Source: an uncultured delta proteobacterium
GTDB taxonomy: Bacteria > Desulfobacterota > Binatia > JACPRU01
Length of the DNA stretch: 64,000 nt
NCBI GenBank assembly: GCA_963745025.1
Contig: CAVUWD010000019.1
Coordinates: 32,001 to 96,000 of the forward strand
Direction: 5' to 3'
The notes under the pieces were generated by a model. The model did no database searches, was not told where the DNA came from, and was given only the letters and a program-made list of their open reading frames with translations. Position 1 is the stretch's first letter; each line of letters begins with the position of its first letter. The translations under genes were made by a program, and so were the position numbers. Shown here one piece after another: positions 48,298-59,306 of this stretch.

Positions 48298-48615
48298 ATG
48301 GACGACGTTACCCGGTTCCTGGAGGAGATCAGGAAGCTTTGGCCGGTGGCGCGGGGCACCTTGGCCGAGGTTGCCAAGCCGTGCATTCGGCGGGGCTGTG
48401 CAGCCTGTGAACGCGGCGAGAAGCACGCGGCGTTCAACTTCACCTTTCGCAAGGGCACGAAGCGTCGCTGCCTGTACGTGCCCCGCGAGCTGGTACCGAC
48501 ACTGGAACGAGCACTCGAGAACGGGCGGCGCGTCGAAGAGCGAATGGTGGAGATCGCCGAGGGGCTGATCCTGGCGCACCGCCGCACGCGAAAGCGGCGA
48601 CCCCCGACACGATAG
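48298..48615 (+). CDS. IS-associated small protein (DUF6788-like)
   Basis: RGTL...PCIRRGCAACERGEKH...LYVP. Lies inside the IS upstream of the transposase. Confidence 0.7.
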   Translation: MDDVTRFLEEIRKLWPVARGTLAEVAKPCIRRGCAACERGEKHAAFNFTFRKGTKRRCLYVPRELVPTLERALENGRRVEERMVEIAEGLILAHRRTRKRRPPTR

Positions 48616-48634
48616 GCGCAGCGCGGGACGGGCG

Positions 48635-50041
48635 GTGGTGGGCGGCGAGGGATACTGCAGGGCATGCCTGGAGAAGCAGCGCGAGATCGATGGTCTGACG
48701 GAACAGATCAAGCTTCTTCGCGATCGACTTCGCTACCAGGAGCGCATCGCGCGCGCGGAAGGTCCCTTCGGCTCCTCGACCCCGTCGTCGAAGATCCCCC
48801 TCAAAGCCAACACCGAGCTCTCGCTCGAGGATCGACAAGCCCGTCGCGGCGGTGCCAAACCCGGGCACGTGGGACACGGACGGAGAACGGCGAAGGAGAG
48901 CGAGGCGGACGAGGTCGTAACTCTCGAAGTGGCCGAACAAACCTGCCCGCACTGCGGCGTGGAGCTCGAAGAGCGCCGCTTCGAGCCTCGCACCGTGATC
49001 GACATCCCACCGCCACGGACGCGCACGATCCTCTACCGACTCGGCGCCCGGCGCTGTCCTCGCTGTCGGCGCCACTTCCGCGCTCGCGCTCCGGAGGGGG
49101 TATTACCCCGCGCGCTTCTCGGCAACCAGCTGCTCGCCCATCTCGCCGTGCAGCATTACCTCTTCGGCGTTCCGCTCGGGCGCCTCGAAGCGCAGATTTC
49201 CATCGGCTACGGCACCCTCGTCGGGGCGCTCCATCGGCTCGCACGGCTATTCGCCGCTGTGCCCGAACGGCTCGTGCTGGAGTACCGAGCCTCGCCCGTC
49301 AAGCACGCTGACGAAACGGGTTGGAGAAACGATGGGCACAACGGCTACGCGTGGCTGTTCGCCACGGCTACGATCAGCATCTTCCGCTTCCGCTCTACGC
49401 GCTCAGCCTCCGTCGCACAGGAGGTCTTCGGCACCGGCCCGCTCCCCGGCGTCCTCGGCGTCGACCGCTACAACGGTTACAACAAGGCGCCCGTGGCTCT
49501 GCAGTATTGCTACGCGCACCTGCTGCGCGAGGTCCAGGACTGCGGCCGAGAGTTTGAAGACAACGCCGAGGTCCAGCTCTTCGTCGACACCTTCGCCCCC
49601 TTGCTCGCAACTGCCATGACACTACGACGCATCGCTATCAGCGACGACGATTTCCGCCGCCAGGCCGGTGCTCTGAAACAACAGATCCTCGATGCCGTCG
49701 GGGCACCCGCCCTCCACCCTGCCATCCACCGCCTCCAGGGCATCTTTCGCGATCACCCCGAGCGGCTCTACCACTGGGCTGCCGACCGCTCCGTGCCGGC
49801 TGACAACAACCTCGCCGAGCGCGAGCTGCGACCGCTGATCATCGCCCGCAAGGTGAGCTTCGGCTCGCAGTCCGATGCTGGCGCCCGCACCCGCGAGATC
49901 CTCATGACGACGCTCGTCACGCTACGCCGTCGCCACCCTGATGACTACGGGCAGCGATTCAAAGCTGCCCTCGATCGCCTCGCTCTCGATCCCTCCGCTG
50001 ACACCTACCGCCTCCTCTTCCGCAATCACTCGCCTCCGTGA
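48635..50041 (+). CDS. IS66-family transposase
   Basis: SSTPSS, CPHCG zinc finger, HADETGW, QYCYAHLLR, DNNLAERELR. Confidence 0.93.
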   Translation: MVGGEGYCRACLEKQREIDGLTEQIKLLRDRLRYQERIARAEGPFGSSTPSSKIPLKANTELSLEDRQARRGGAKPGHVGHGRRTAKESEADEVVTLEVAEQTCPHCGVELEERRFEPRTVIDIPPPRTRTILYRLGARRCPRCRRHFRARAPEGVLPRALLGNQLLAHLAVQHYLFGVPLGRLEAQISIGYGTLVGALHRLARLFAAVPERLVLEYRASPVKHADETGWRNDGHNGYAWLFATATISIFRFRSTRSASVAQEVFGTGPLPGVLGVDRYNGYNKAPVALQYCYAHLLREVQDCGREFEDNAEVQLFVDTFAPLLATAMTLRRIAISDDDFRRQAGALKQQILDAVGAPALHPAIHRLQGIFRDHPERLYHWAADRSVPADNNLAERELRPLIIARKVSFGSQSDAGARTREILMTTLVTLRRRHPDDYGQRFKAALDRLALDPSADTYRLLFRNHSPP

Positions 50042-50188
50042 TCGCGGCCTCCTCCCCATCCTCGCTGGTCGTGCCGGCCGCACGCCCCTACGACGGAGAC
50101 TGAGGCCTTACAACGATCGGCGGATTCAGCTTGACCTAAGGGACCTAGATGCGCTTATCGACGCGAGCAAGCTCAGAGAGCGCTAAAG

Positions 50189-50435
50189 ATGGGTTCGAAA
50201 CGCGGCACCGGCTCGGTCTATCTCCGAGGGAAAGTCTGGTGGATCAAGTATTCGAGAGACGGCCGACCCTTCCGTGAAAGCTCACGATCGTCGAAGCGTG
50301 AGGATGCTCTACAGCTTCTACGGGATCGGATGGGCCGGATTGCCCATGTACAACATCGTAAGCGATGATGATCTCCAAGAGGCAGCACGACGCCTTGAAG
50401 AACAGGCACGAATACGGGCACAGCGGCACCGATAG
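50189..50435 (+). pseudogene. Tyrosine integrase remnant (N-terminus joined to extreme C-terminus)
   Basis: MGSKRGTGSVYLRGKVWWIKYSRDGRPFRESS (arm-binding-type N-terminus), then YNIVSDDDLQEA (C-terminal tail). Catalytic core absent. Confidence 0.75.
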
Positions 50436-50505
50436 AGTGAGAGAAAATGATGTGTTATCGGTTACATCGGGCGCGCTATCCCGCTGACTTCAAGCCGGAG
50501 TACTA

Positions 50506-50588
50506 GCCTTCAGGTTACACGGGCTACAGACTTCGGCAAAAGACTCCGCGGTGCCTTTCCTGTAGGCCGGAGCCCGAAGCCCTGAGCC
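50506..50588. repeat. Heptamer-arm hairpin element
   Basis: GGCTACA...GGCAAAAGACTCC...GGAGCCC GAAGCCC TGAGCCC. Confidence 0.65.
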
Positions 50589-50600
50589 CAAGGAGACGTC

Positions 50601-51383
50601 ATGGCCTACGACAACATCCGCTTCGAAGCCGCCGACGCCGTCGGTACGCTCACGATCGATCGGCCGAAGTCGCTGAACGCGCTCAATCCGGACACGCTGC
50701 GGGAGATCTTGCGCTGCCTGCGCGACGTTCGTCGAGAGGGGAGACTCCGTGCGCTCATCGTCACCGGCGCGGGCGAAAGGGCCTTCGTCGCGGGTGCCGA
50801 CATCGCGGCGATGCGTACGATGAGCGTGATCGAGGCGAAGGAGATGGCGCGGCTCGGTCAGCGCGTGACCTCCGCCCTCGAAGACCTCGCGTTCCCCGTG
50901 GTCGCCGCGGTCAATGGCTTCGCGCTCGGTGGCGGCATGGAGCTCGCGATGGCCTGTGATCTCGTCGTCGCGTCCGATAAGGCACGCTTCGGGCAACCGG
51001 AGATCAACCTCGGGATCATCCCCGGTTTCGGCGGTACCCAGCGGCTGGCGCGTCGCATCGGTGCGCCGCGCGCCCGGGAGATGATCTACGGCGGCGAGAT
51101 GATCGATGCCGAGACCGCCCGGCAGTGGGGGCTCGTCAATCGCGTGGTGAAGCCCGAGGCGCTTCTCCCCGAGGCGCTGAAGCTCGCCGCCGCGCTCGCC
51201 GCCAAGCCGCCGGTCGCGCTCGCACAGGCGAAGCTCGCGATCGGGCACGGGCTCGACGTGGATCTCGAGAACGGGCTCCGCCTCGAAGCCGAAGCCTTCG
51301 CGGTCACGTTCTCGACCGAGGATCGCTCCGAGGGAATGGCCGCGTTCCTGGAAAAGCGTCCGGCGAAATTCAGCGGCCGATAG
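50601..51383 (+). CDS. Enoyl-CoA hydratase (crotonase)
   Basis: RPKSLNAL, AFVAGADI, GFALGGGMELA, GQPEINLGIIPGFGGTQRL. Confidence 0.93.
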   Translation: MAYDNIRFEAADAVGTLTIDRPKSLNALNPDTLREILRCLRDVRREGRLRALIVTGAGERAFVAGADIAAMRTMSVIEAKEMARLGQRVTSALEDLAFPVVAAVNGFALGGGMELAMACDLVVASDKARFGQPEINLGIIPGFGGTQRLARRIGAPRAREMIYGGEMIDAETARQWGLVNRVVKPEALLPEALKLAAALAAKPPVALAQAKLAIGHGLDVDLENGLRLEAEAFAVTFSTEDRSEGMAAFLEKRPAKFSGR

Positions 51384-51513
51384 CCGGGAACCGGCGCGTA
51401 CCCTTTTCCCCGCGCGGATCTACCCCGGAAGATCGGGAAGATCGCGCAAGACGCTTTCCAAATTCGCTGGTTCCAGCTAATTTTCCGTGGGTAGTGTCGC
51501 CGATGGGTGCACA

Positions 51514-53136
<1,623 letters not shown>

Positions 53137-53141
53137 AGATG

Positions 53142-53222
53142 GGCTACAGGCTACGGACCACGGGCTACAGGAACGGTACATCTGAGTCTTTACCTGTAGC
53201 TTGTAGCCCGTAGCCCGTACCC
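53142..53222. repeat. Heptamer-arm hairpin element
   Basis: GGCTACA GGCTACG...GAGTCTTTACC TGTAGCT TGTAGCC CGTAGCC. Confidence 0.8.
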
Positions 53223-53233
53223 CGGAGTCACGG

Positions 53234-53644
53234 ATGTCCGAGCGAACCCTTCGCATACTCGTCGCCAAGCCGGGCCTCGACGGTCACGACCGCGGCGCGA
53301 AGATCATCGCCAGGGCGCTTCGCGATGCGGGGTTCGAGGTCATTTACACGGGACTCCACCAAACACCCGAGATGATCGTCGAATCAGCTCTGCAGGAGGA
53401 TGTCGACGCGATCGGCTTGTCCATCCTCTCGGGCGCGCACATGACGCTCTTTCCCGCGATCCTCGAGCGGATGAAGGCCCGGGGGCTCGGTGAGATCGTG
53501 ATCTTCGGCGGCGGCATCATTCCCGAGGAGGACATCCCGAAGCTCGCAGCGCTCGGCGTCCGCGGCATCTTTCGCCCCGGCGCGACGACCGAGGACATCG
53601 TCAAGTGGGTGCGCGAGAACGTGCACGTGCGAACGAGCGGATGA
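53234..53644 (+). CDS. Cobalamin-binding small subunit of the acyl-CoA mutase
   Basis: [25 protein letters not shown]. Confidence 0.93.
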   Translation: MSERTLRILVAKPGLDGHDRGAKIIARALRDAGFEVIYTGLHQTPEMIVESALQEDVDAIGLSILSGAHMTLFPAILERMKARGLGEIVIFGGGIIPEEDIPKLAALGVRGIFRPGATTEDIVKWVRENVHVRTSG

Positions 53645-53648
53645 GGAG

Positions 53649-53731
53649 GGTTACGGGCTACAGGCTACAGGCTACAGGCAAAGATTCTCCACGGCGTCTT
53701 TCCCGTAGCTCGTAGCCTGTAGCCTGTAACC
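53649..53731. repeat. Heptamer-arm hairpin element
   Basis: GGTTACG (GGCTACA)x3 GGCAAAGA...CGTAGCC TGTAGCC TGTAACC. Confidence 0.85.
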
Positions 53732-53738
53732 AGATTTT

Positions 53739-54905
53739 TTGCCCTTCGATTCCCCCGATGTCCTGATCGTCGGCGCCGGGCCAGCGGGAACGGCGCTCGC
53801 GCTTCATTTGTCGCGGATCGCGCCCGCTCTGGCTGCGCGCACGTGGATCGTCGAGAAGCAGATGCACCCGCGCCACAAAGTGTGCGCGGGCGGGCTGATC
53901 CCGCATACGCTCGACTGTCTACGTGAGCTTGGAATCGAGCTCACGGTACCCCACGCACTCGTGCACCGAGCGACCGTGCGCATCCCCCGAGGCGAGGTGC
54001 AATACAGCGACCACGATCTCTGCGCCGTGGTGCGCCGCAGCGAGTTCGATGCGCTCCTCGCGCGGCACGCGCGGCGCGGCGGAGTGGAGCTTCGCGAAAA
54101 CCAGAAGGTGCTCGAGGTCCGACGCGACGGCGGGACGATCCGCGTCTTCACCGATCGCGGAGAGATTCGACCGCGGGTGCTCGTCGGGGCCGACGGCTCG
54201 GGCAGCATCGTGCACCGCCAGTTCTTCGCCGCCGGGCGGGGAGCGATCGGCCGCGCGGTAATGTGCGATCTTCGCGCCGCCGACATCGGCGGCTTCGACG
54301 CCGAGCGTTACATCTTCGACTTCACTGCCGTGCCACAGGGGCTCAAGGGCTACCTCTGGGAATTCCCCTGCTCGATCCGCGGCGAGCTCCACGTCAACCT
54401 AGGCGCCTATGCGCTCGACCGCGGCGGCGCGGTCTCGCTGCCCTCGCTGGTTCGCGGGCGGGCGCGAGAAATGGGCGTCGAGTCACCTCGTCTGGAGGCG
54501 TTCCCGATCCGCTGGTACGAGCGGCGGAGCGCGATCGGCGCGCCCGGGGTGCTGCTCGTCGGCGATGCCGCGGGCTGCGATCCCCTCATGGGCGAGGGAA
54601 TCTCCTACGCCTTCGAGTACGCGCGTCTGGCGGCCGGCGAAATCACGCGGGCCTTCGCCACCGGGAACTTCGATCTCACGCCGTACGGCGCCGCCGTCGC
54701 GCGCTGCTGGTTCGGGCGAAAGCTTCGCCGCCTCGGCGCGGTGGCGGGACTCTTCTACGGACCGGGGGCGCGGCTGGGATTCGCGCTCGCCGCGCGCTCG
54801 CGCCGGCTTCAGGAGGTCGGCATCCGCTGGTACAACGGCGTCGATGATTGGGACCGCATCAGCGGCTGGTCCGCGCTCGCCCGGCTGTTTTCGAGAGCCG
54901 CATGA
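53739..54905 (+). CDS. FAD-dependent oxidoreductase (geranylgeranyl-reductase-like)
   Basis: IVGAGPAG, KVCAGG, RRSEFD, GADG, VGDAAG..PLMGEGI. Confidence 0.88.
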   Translation: MPFDSPDVLIVGAGPAGTALALHLSRIAPALAARTWIVEKQMHPRHKVCAGGLIPHTLDCLRELGIELTVPHALVHRATVRIPRGEVQYSDHDLCAVVRRSEFDALLARHARRGGVELRENQKVLEVRRDGGTIRVFTDRGEIRPRVLVGADGSGSIVHRQFFAAGRGAIGRAVMCDLRAADIGGFDAERYIFDFTAVPQGLKGYLWEFPCSIRGELHVNLGAYALDRGGAVSLPSLVRGRAREMGVESPRLEAFPIRWYERRSAIGAPGVLLVGDAAGCDPLMGEGISYAFEYARLAAGEITRAFATGNFDLTPYGAAVARCWFGRKLRRLGAVAGLFYGPGARLGFALAARSRRLQEVGIRWYNGVDDWDRISGWSALARLFSRAA

Positions 54906-55138
54906 GTCGGCGGAGGCGAAAGTCTTCAAGATCACGCCCATGGCTGTGGATCCTCGGCGCCGCGGTCGGCGCGGCTGCTGTCTATCTCGCGTACCGTCGC
55001 CAAGCATCGACCCTGATCCCGATTCCCGGGCAGAGCCTGCAGCCGCTCGTCAAGTCGCCGACTCCGAGCGAGCAAATCGACGCCGCCGATCGCGAGAATC
55101 TCGAGCGGGTCTTGCGTGAGCGCGCGCATCGCCGCTGA
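54902..55138 (+). CDS. Small membrane-anchored hypothetical protein
   Basis: ATGA overlap with the upstream stop. Basic N-terminus plus one TM helix. Confidence 0.55.
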   Translation: MSRRRRKSSRSRPWLWILGAAVGAAAVYLAYRRQASTLIPIPGQSLQPLVKSPTPSEQIDAADRENLERVLRERAHRR

Positions 55139-55673
55139 ACGGTTGAGGATCGCGGCGCTCGCGACCGGCGTCGTGGTGGCCGGCTGCCAGCGCACCGCGC
55201 CGTTCGATCCCGCGGCGCAGGCGCAGACGCTCCTCTCGGAGTGCGGCGCCGATTCGAGCTGCGTGCGCGAGCGCTGGCGGCGAGATCCGCGTGGCTGGAA
55301 CGTGGGACTGCGGGCCGAGGTGGCGGCACGAAGGCCGCAGGCGCCCGTCGTGGTCGAGACGACGCGTGAGATCGTGACCCCTGAACTCGCCACGGCCGCC
55401 TGCCTCGGCGACGTCACCGAGCGCCCGGTTCTGTACTACCGGACTCGGGTCGCGGCGAAGGACTCGGACGAGTTTCCCGCGATCTTCTTTCACTGGAAGA
55501 GCTTCGATCAGGCGGCGCTCGGGCACCGCAAAGTGGTGGCCGCCGTCGCCGACGCTCGCGGCGACGCCGTGCGGCTCTGGCGCGCGATCGAGAGCGAGGC
55601 TTCGCTCGACGAGGCGTGTCTCCGCTTCCGCGACAAGCGCGATCGCTGTCAGCTCGAGCCGACCGCGGACTGA
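55116..55673 (+). CDS. Hypothetical lipoprotein
   Basis: Lipobox VAGC after a hydrophobic stretch. Confidence 0.55.
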   Translation: MSARIAAERLRIAALATGVVVAGCQRTAPFDPAAQAQTLLSECGADSSCVRERWRRDPRGWNVGLRAEVAARRPQAPVVVETTREIVTPELATAACLGDVTERPVLYYRTRVAAKDSDEFPAIFFHWKSFDQAALGHRKVVAAVADARGDAVRLWRAIESEASLDEACLRFRDKRDRCQLEPTAD

Positions 55674-56554
55674 GGCATCAAGGCCGAGACGTTCTTCCGC
55701 AAGTGCGCGAAGATCTCCTCCGCCGCGCGCGACTGGTTCAGCGTGTAGAGGTGGATCCCGGGCGCACCGCGTCGGAGTAGGTCTTCGCATTGCGCTATCG
55801 CCCAATCGATGCCGATCCCCTCGGAGCGAGGGCGGTCGTCCCCCGCCGCTTCGAGGTCTCTTGCCAGGGCGGGCGGAATGCTCGCGCCACAAAGTTTCGC
55901 CATGCGCTGGATCTGCGGCCAGGACAGCGCGGGCATCACGCCGGGGACGATGCGGCAGCGGATGCCGATCTGCCGCGCTCGCTCGACGAAGGCGAAGTAG
56001 TCCTGATTGACGAAGAAGAGCTGTGTGACCACGAAATCCGCGCCGCTCTCGACCTTGAGCTTGAGGTGCTCGAGGTCGCGCGTCTTGTCCGCGCACTCCT
56101 GATGGCCCTCGGGATAACCCGCTACGCCGATCGAGAAGTCACCGACCGCCCGGGCCAGCCGCACGAGCTCGTACGCGTTGCGGAAGCCGTCCGGCGCGGG
56201 GACGAATGTCGGCTGATCGCGCGGAGGGTCGCCGCGCAGCAGCATGAGGTTCTCGATGCCTCGCGCGGCGAGCTCCCCGAGGATCTCGCGAAGCTCTGCT
56301 CGACTGTGTCCAACGCAGGTGAGATGGGCGGCGGCGGTGATACCGAGCTCGTGCTGGAGCCGCGTCACCACGTCGATCGTGTTGCGGCGCGTCGAGCCGC
56401 CGGCCCCGTAGGTGACGGAGACGAAGGTCGGTGCGAGGCCGCGCAGGCGCTCGGCCGTCTCGAAGAGGCGGATCACGGCGTCCGGCGTGCGCGGAGGCGA
56501 GAACTCGAAGGAGAACGTGCGTGGCTCAGCCGCGAACTTGTCGCGAATTTTCAT
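55649..56554 (-). CDS. metF: 5,10-methylenetetrahydrofolate reductase
   Basis: SFEFSPP, SVTYGAGG, AHLTC, LRGDPP, YPEGH, TQLFF, HLYTLN. Confidence 0.94.
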   Translation of the reverse strand: MKIRDKFAAEPRTFSFEFSPPRTPDAVIRLFETAERLRGLAPTFVSVTYGAGGSTRRNTIDVVTRLQHELGITAAAHLTCVGHSRAELREILGELAARGIENLMLLRGDPPRDQPTFVPAPDGFRNAYELVRLARAVGDFSIGVAGYPEGHQECADKTRDLEHLKLKVESGADFVVTQLFFVNQDYFAFVERARQIGIRCRIVPGVMPALSWPQIQRMAKLCGASIPPALARDLEAAGDDRPRSEGIGIDWAIAQCEDLLRRGAPGIHLYTLNQSRAAEEIFAHLRKNVSALMPQSAVGSS

Positions 56555-56648
56555 GGAAATTCGAACCGATAGAGGGTCTCCCCCCCAGAGTCAACCGACG
56601 CGAGGTTTGCGGTTTCCCCAAGACCCGGACACGACTACAATCGCCGAG

Positions 56649-57098
56649 ATGAAAAAACCACTCCTCCCGTTTCTGGCTCTGATCGGGCTCGTCGCGCTCC
56701 CGCCGGCATTCGCCGGCACCGCGTGGCTCGAATGGGCCCGCAATTCCACGCTGCAGCTCGTCGGTCGTTGCGACTCGCGCTCGAGCCGATGGGAAGGTCA
56801 CGCGATCTACAGCTACTGCGAAGTCTCGGTGTTGCGGATCGTGCACGGCGCGCCGGAGCCGGGCCTGGTGGTTCGCCAGCGCGGCGGAGAGGTGGATGGC
56901 ATCGCGCAACGGGTCTCCCACGTTACGCCGATGGAGCCCGGTGGGGTCTACCTCCTCTTCCTGGCTCGCGACTCGTCGGGAGTGTGGTCGCCGACGTCGA
57001 AGGGGATGAATCGCGTGGTGGAGTCGAGCGACCTTGGTGACACCGTGGGAGGCGAACCGCTCGACGAGGTGATCCGGCAGCTGGGAGGTGGAAATTGA
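56649..57098 (+). CDS. Secreted hypothetical protein coupled to the matrixin gene
   Basis: MKK-type signal peptide, VRQRGGEVDGI, YLLFL. Stop overlaps the next start. Confidence 0.7.
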   Translation: MKKPLLPFLALIGLVALPPAFAGTAWLEWARNSTLQLVGRCDSRSSRWEGHAIYSYCEVSVLRIVHGAPEPGLVVRQRGGEVDGIAQRVSHVTPMEPGGVYLLFLARDSSGVWSPTSKGMNRVVESSDLGDTVGGEPLDEVIRQLGGGN

Positions 57099-57940
57099 AG
57101 AGCGCGCCCGGAGCGATCGTCTTCGCGGCTTGTCTGGCAGTCGCTCAACCGCTGAATGCCTTCCAGCGCGAGACGACCAACGACCCGGACTGTACCGAAG
57201 CTCCGGGAGTCGACTGCCCGCACCTCGGCACGCCGCTCTCCTGGAACGTTTTCCCGGTCCACTTCTTCGTCAATGCGGACGGCTCCGGGCTGAGCTTCGA
57301 TGCGGCGCGCGACGCCATCTCCGCCGCGCTCTCCACCTGGCAGAGCGGCAGCCGCGACGGCATCGTTTTCGAGTTCGGTGGCCAGTCGCAGAAGGGCTCG
57401 GACGGCCACGATGGCTGCAACGTGGTGTCGTGGCAGAATCTCGGTCAGAGCGCCGCGGACATCTTCTCACAGGCTATCATCACCTTCGGCCGAAACAGCG
57501 GCGAGATCTTCGACGTGGACGTCGAGATGAACAGCGACGATCAGTTCGCAGTGCTGCCAACCGGCGAGGACAATCCCTTCGACGAGCGTGTCGACCTACA
57601 AGCCGTCGCCACGCACGAGGCGGGTCACTTGCTCGGCCTCGATCACGAGAATCGGTTCGGCCCCGATGTCGTGATGTTCTTCAGCGACACGAACGGCAAC
57701 ACCACGCATCGCACACTCACCTCCGACGATCGTAGCGGTGTGCTCGCGGCTTACCCGGAACCGGCGAGCCTCGGCGCGGGAACGACGACCGCCGGATGCA
57801 CCGGGAGCGGAGGAGGGGGTGGGGATGGGGGTGGCGGGGGCTGCACGCTGTCGCCGTCACGGCAAGCCACGGATCTTTGGCCGGTCGCCGCCGTGTTCGC
57901 ATACTTGGCGGCGAGGCAGCGGCGACGCCGCAAGGCGTAA
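57095..57940 (+). CDS. Matrixin-family (M10) zinc metalloprotease with a Gly-Gly-Cys/TM/Arg C-terminal sorting tail
   Basis: HEAGHLLGLDH, Met-turn VMF, LTSDD, GGGGC...TM...RRRRK. Confidence 0.88.
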   Translation: MKSAPGAIVFAACLAVAQPLNAFQRETTNDPDCTEAPGVDCPHLGTPLSWNVFPVHFFVNADGSGLSFDAARDAISAALSTWQSGSRDGIVFEFGGQSQKGSDGHDGCNVVSWQNLGQSAADIFSQAIITFGRNSGEIFDVDVEMNSDDQFAVLPTGEDNPFDERVDLQAVATHEAGHLLGLDHENRFGPDVVMFFSDTNGNTTHRTLTSDDRSGVLAAYPEPASLGAGTTTAGCTGSGGGGGDGGGGGCTLSPSRQATDLWPVAAVFAYLAARQRRRRKA

Positions 57941-58004
57941 GCAGCCTGTCCGACCAATCGTTTCCCGGACGCCCCCTGTCGCCCCTCGGTGATCAACATG
58001 AGCA

Positions 58005-58409
58005 TTAGCCGTGGTCGCGGGGAGCGCCGCGCGCTTTCCAAAGGCTCTCGGCCCGCTCTCGCAGGATGTGTCGAACGCGATCGACCAGGGCTTCGTTCCG
58101 CTGAACGCGCAGCTCGAGTTCGCGGAATTTGGCGAGCGGGATGTGTTCTCGATCGACGGCCTCGTCGATCGAGAGCGAGAGATCGGCCTGCATGCCCTCG
58201 AGCACGCGCAGGTAGGTCGCTAACTCCGACTCCGTCACGCCGTCAGGCTCATGGTCCTTGACGGCGGAGCCCGTCGCCCGGTCGGTCTCGGAGCCGAACA
58301 GATACTGGAAGACCGGCGGTGCTCCGAGGCGGTAATGGACCCACTCGGTCACGAGGAATGTCGTCGACACCAGGATCAACGCAGGCAGGAGGCCGTCGAG
58401 GCGCCTCAT
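58005..58409 (-). CDS. Hypothetical membrane protein
   Basis: ORF with an N-terminal TM segment and host-like codon usage. Confidence 0.55.
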   Translation of the reverse strand: MRRLDGLLPALILVSTTFLVTEWVHYRLGAPPVFQYLFGSETDRATGSAVKDHEPDGVTESELATYLRVLEGMQADLSLSIDEAVDREHIPLAKFRELELRVQRNEALVDRVRHILRERAESLWKARGAPRDHG

Positions 58410-58569
58410 GTGCGAGCTTCCAAGGTCATCGACAGTCCTGAATAGCAGACCCCGAAGGGCAATCCGTCAAGATGCTTCCGACTTCGGGGAGAAGAGGAGG
58501 CAAACGCGTTTGGTGAGAGGCCGCTCGGAGCCGGCGCGCGGCGGCCAGCCCCAGAGGGTGCTCGGAGTA

Positions 58570-58911
58570 TTACCAGCGCCGGCCGCCGCCACCGCCGCCG
58601 CGTCCGCCGCCGCCACCGCCACCGAAGCCGCCCCGACCGCCGCCGCCGCCCTCGCGTCGGCCGCCTTCGGGACGCGGCCGCGCTTCGTTGACGTTCAAGC
58701 GCCGGCCTTGCAGATCGGTCCCGTTCAGGGCGGCGATCGCTGCTTCGGCTTCTTCTTTGCTCGTCATTTCGACGAAGCCGAAGCCCTTGGACTGTCCGCT
58801 GAACTTGTCTTTGATGATCGTCGCCGAATCGACCTGTCCGTGCGCCGCGAACACCTCGCGGAGCTGGTCTTCGGTGACCTGGTAGGACAGGTTCCCCACG
58901 TAGATCTTCAT
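58570..58911 (-). CDS. RRM RNA-binding protein with Gly-rich tail
   Basis: KIYVGNL (RNP2), KGFGFVEM (RNP1), VNEARP, GGGR tail. Confidence 0.95.
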   Translation of the reverse strand: MKIYVGNLSYQVTEDQLREVFAAHGQVDSATIIKDKFSGQSKGFGFVEMTSKEEAEAAIAALNGTDLQGRRLNVNEARPRPEGGRREGGGGGRGGFGGGGGGGRGGGGGGRRW

Positions 58912-59306
58912 GCTCTCTCCCTTTCCTGAGCCCGCGACAATCAAGCGGCGGGCTGGCGAACCAGCGATGTGCCGATCCGCGGTAGCGGGGCGGGGGCCGC
59001 GCACGAGGTCCGGCGGCGCGCGGACGACTCCAGGCGCCGAGCACCGGGTTTTTTTGCGATGTGGATCCTCGTAACCCCGACCTTGATGATCGAATTTCTA
59101 CCACAGCGCTTCACGCGCTGCCAGACGGATCGAACGCGGCCGCTTCGCAGGCCGAAGCGCGGGGAGCCGGCGCCGCGTCCGTCGAGCTCGGGCGCGAAAG
59201 CGGCGCCGATGCGGATTGCGCGCACGTACATCCAGCCTTGGGCCGCCGTTCGGCAGGCGAGGTCTTCTCAGGAATCGCTTCCTGGCTCGCGGAACGATCG
59301 CGGGCG

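Larger units (their letters stand above)
48230..50111 (+). mobile_element. IS66-family insertion sequence, 1882 bp
   Basis: 19-bp perfect terminal IR GTAAGGCCTCAGTCTCCGT. 8-bp TSD AACGATCG at 48222-48229 and 50112-50119. Confidence 0.95.
48108..50186 (+). pseudogene. Excisionase-like HTH gene interrupted by IS66
   Basis: Removing the IS and one TSD copy restores MKAEKRRLLNLRDAAEYSGRSVWAVRELIWKGRIPVVRNDRRIQLDLRDLDALIDASKLRER. Confidence 0.85.
39850..50504. mobile_element. Decayed integrative element / genomic island in the glpX 3' end
   Basis: 19-bp direct repeat GACTTCAAGCCGGAGTACT at 39850-39868 and 50486-50504. Integrase and xis remnants at the right end. Mixed, partly lower-GC cargo. Confidence 0.9.
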
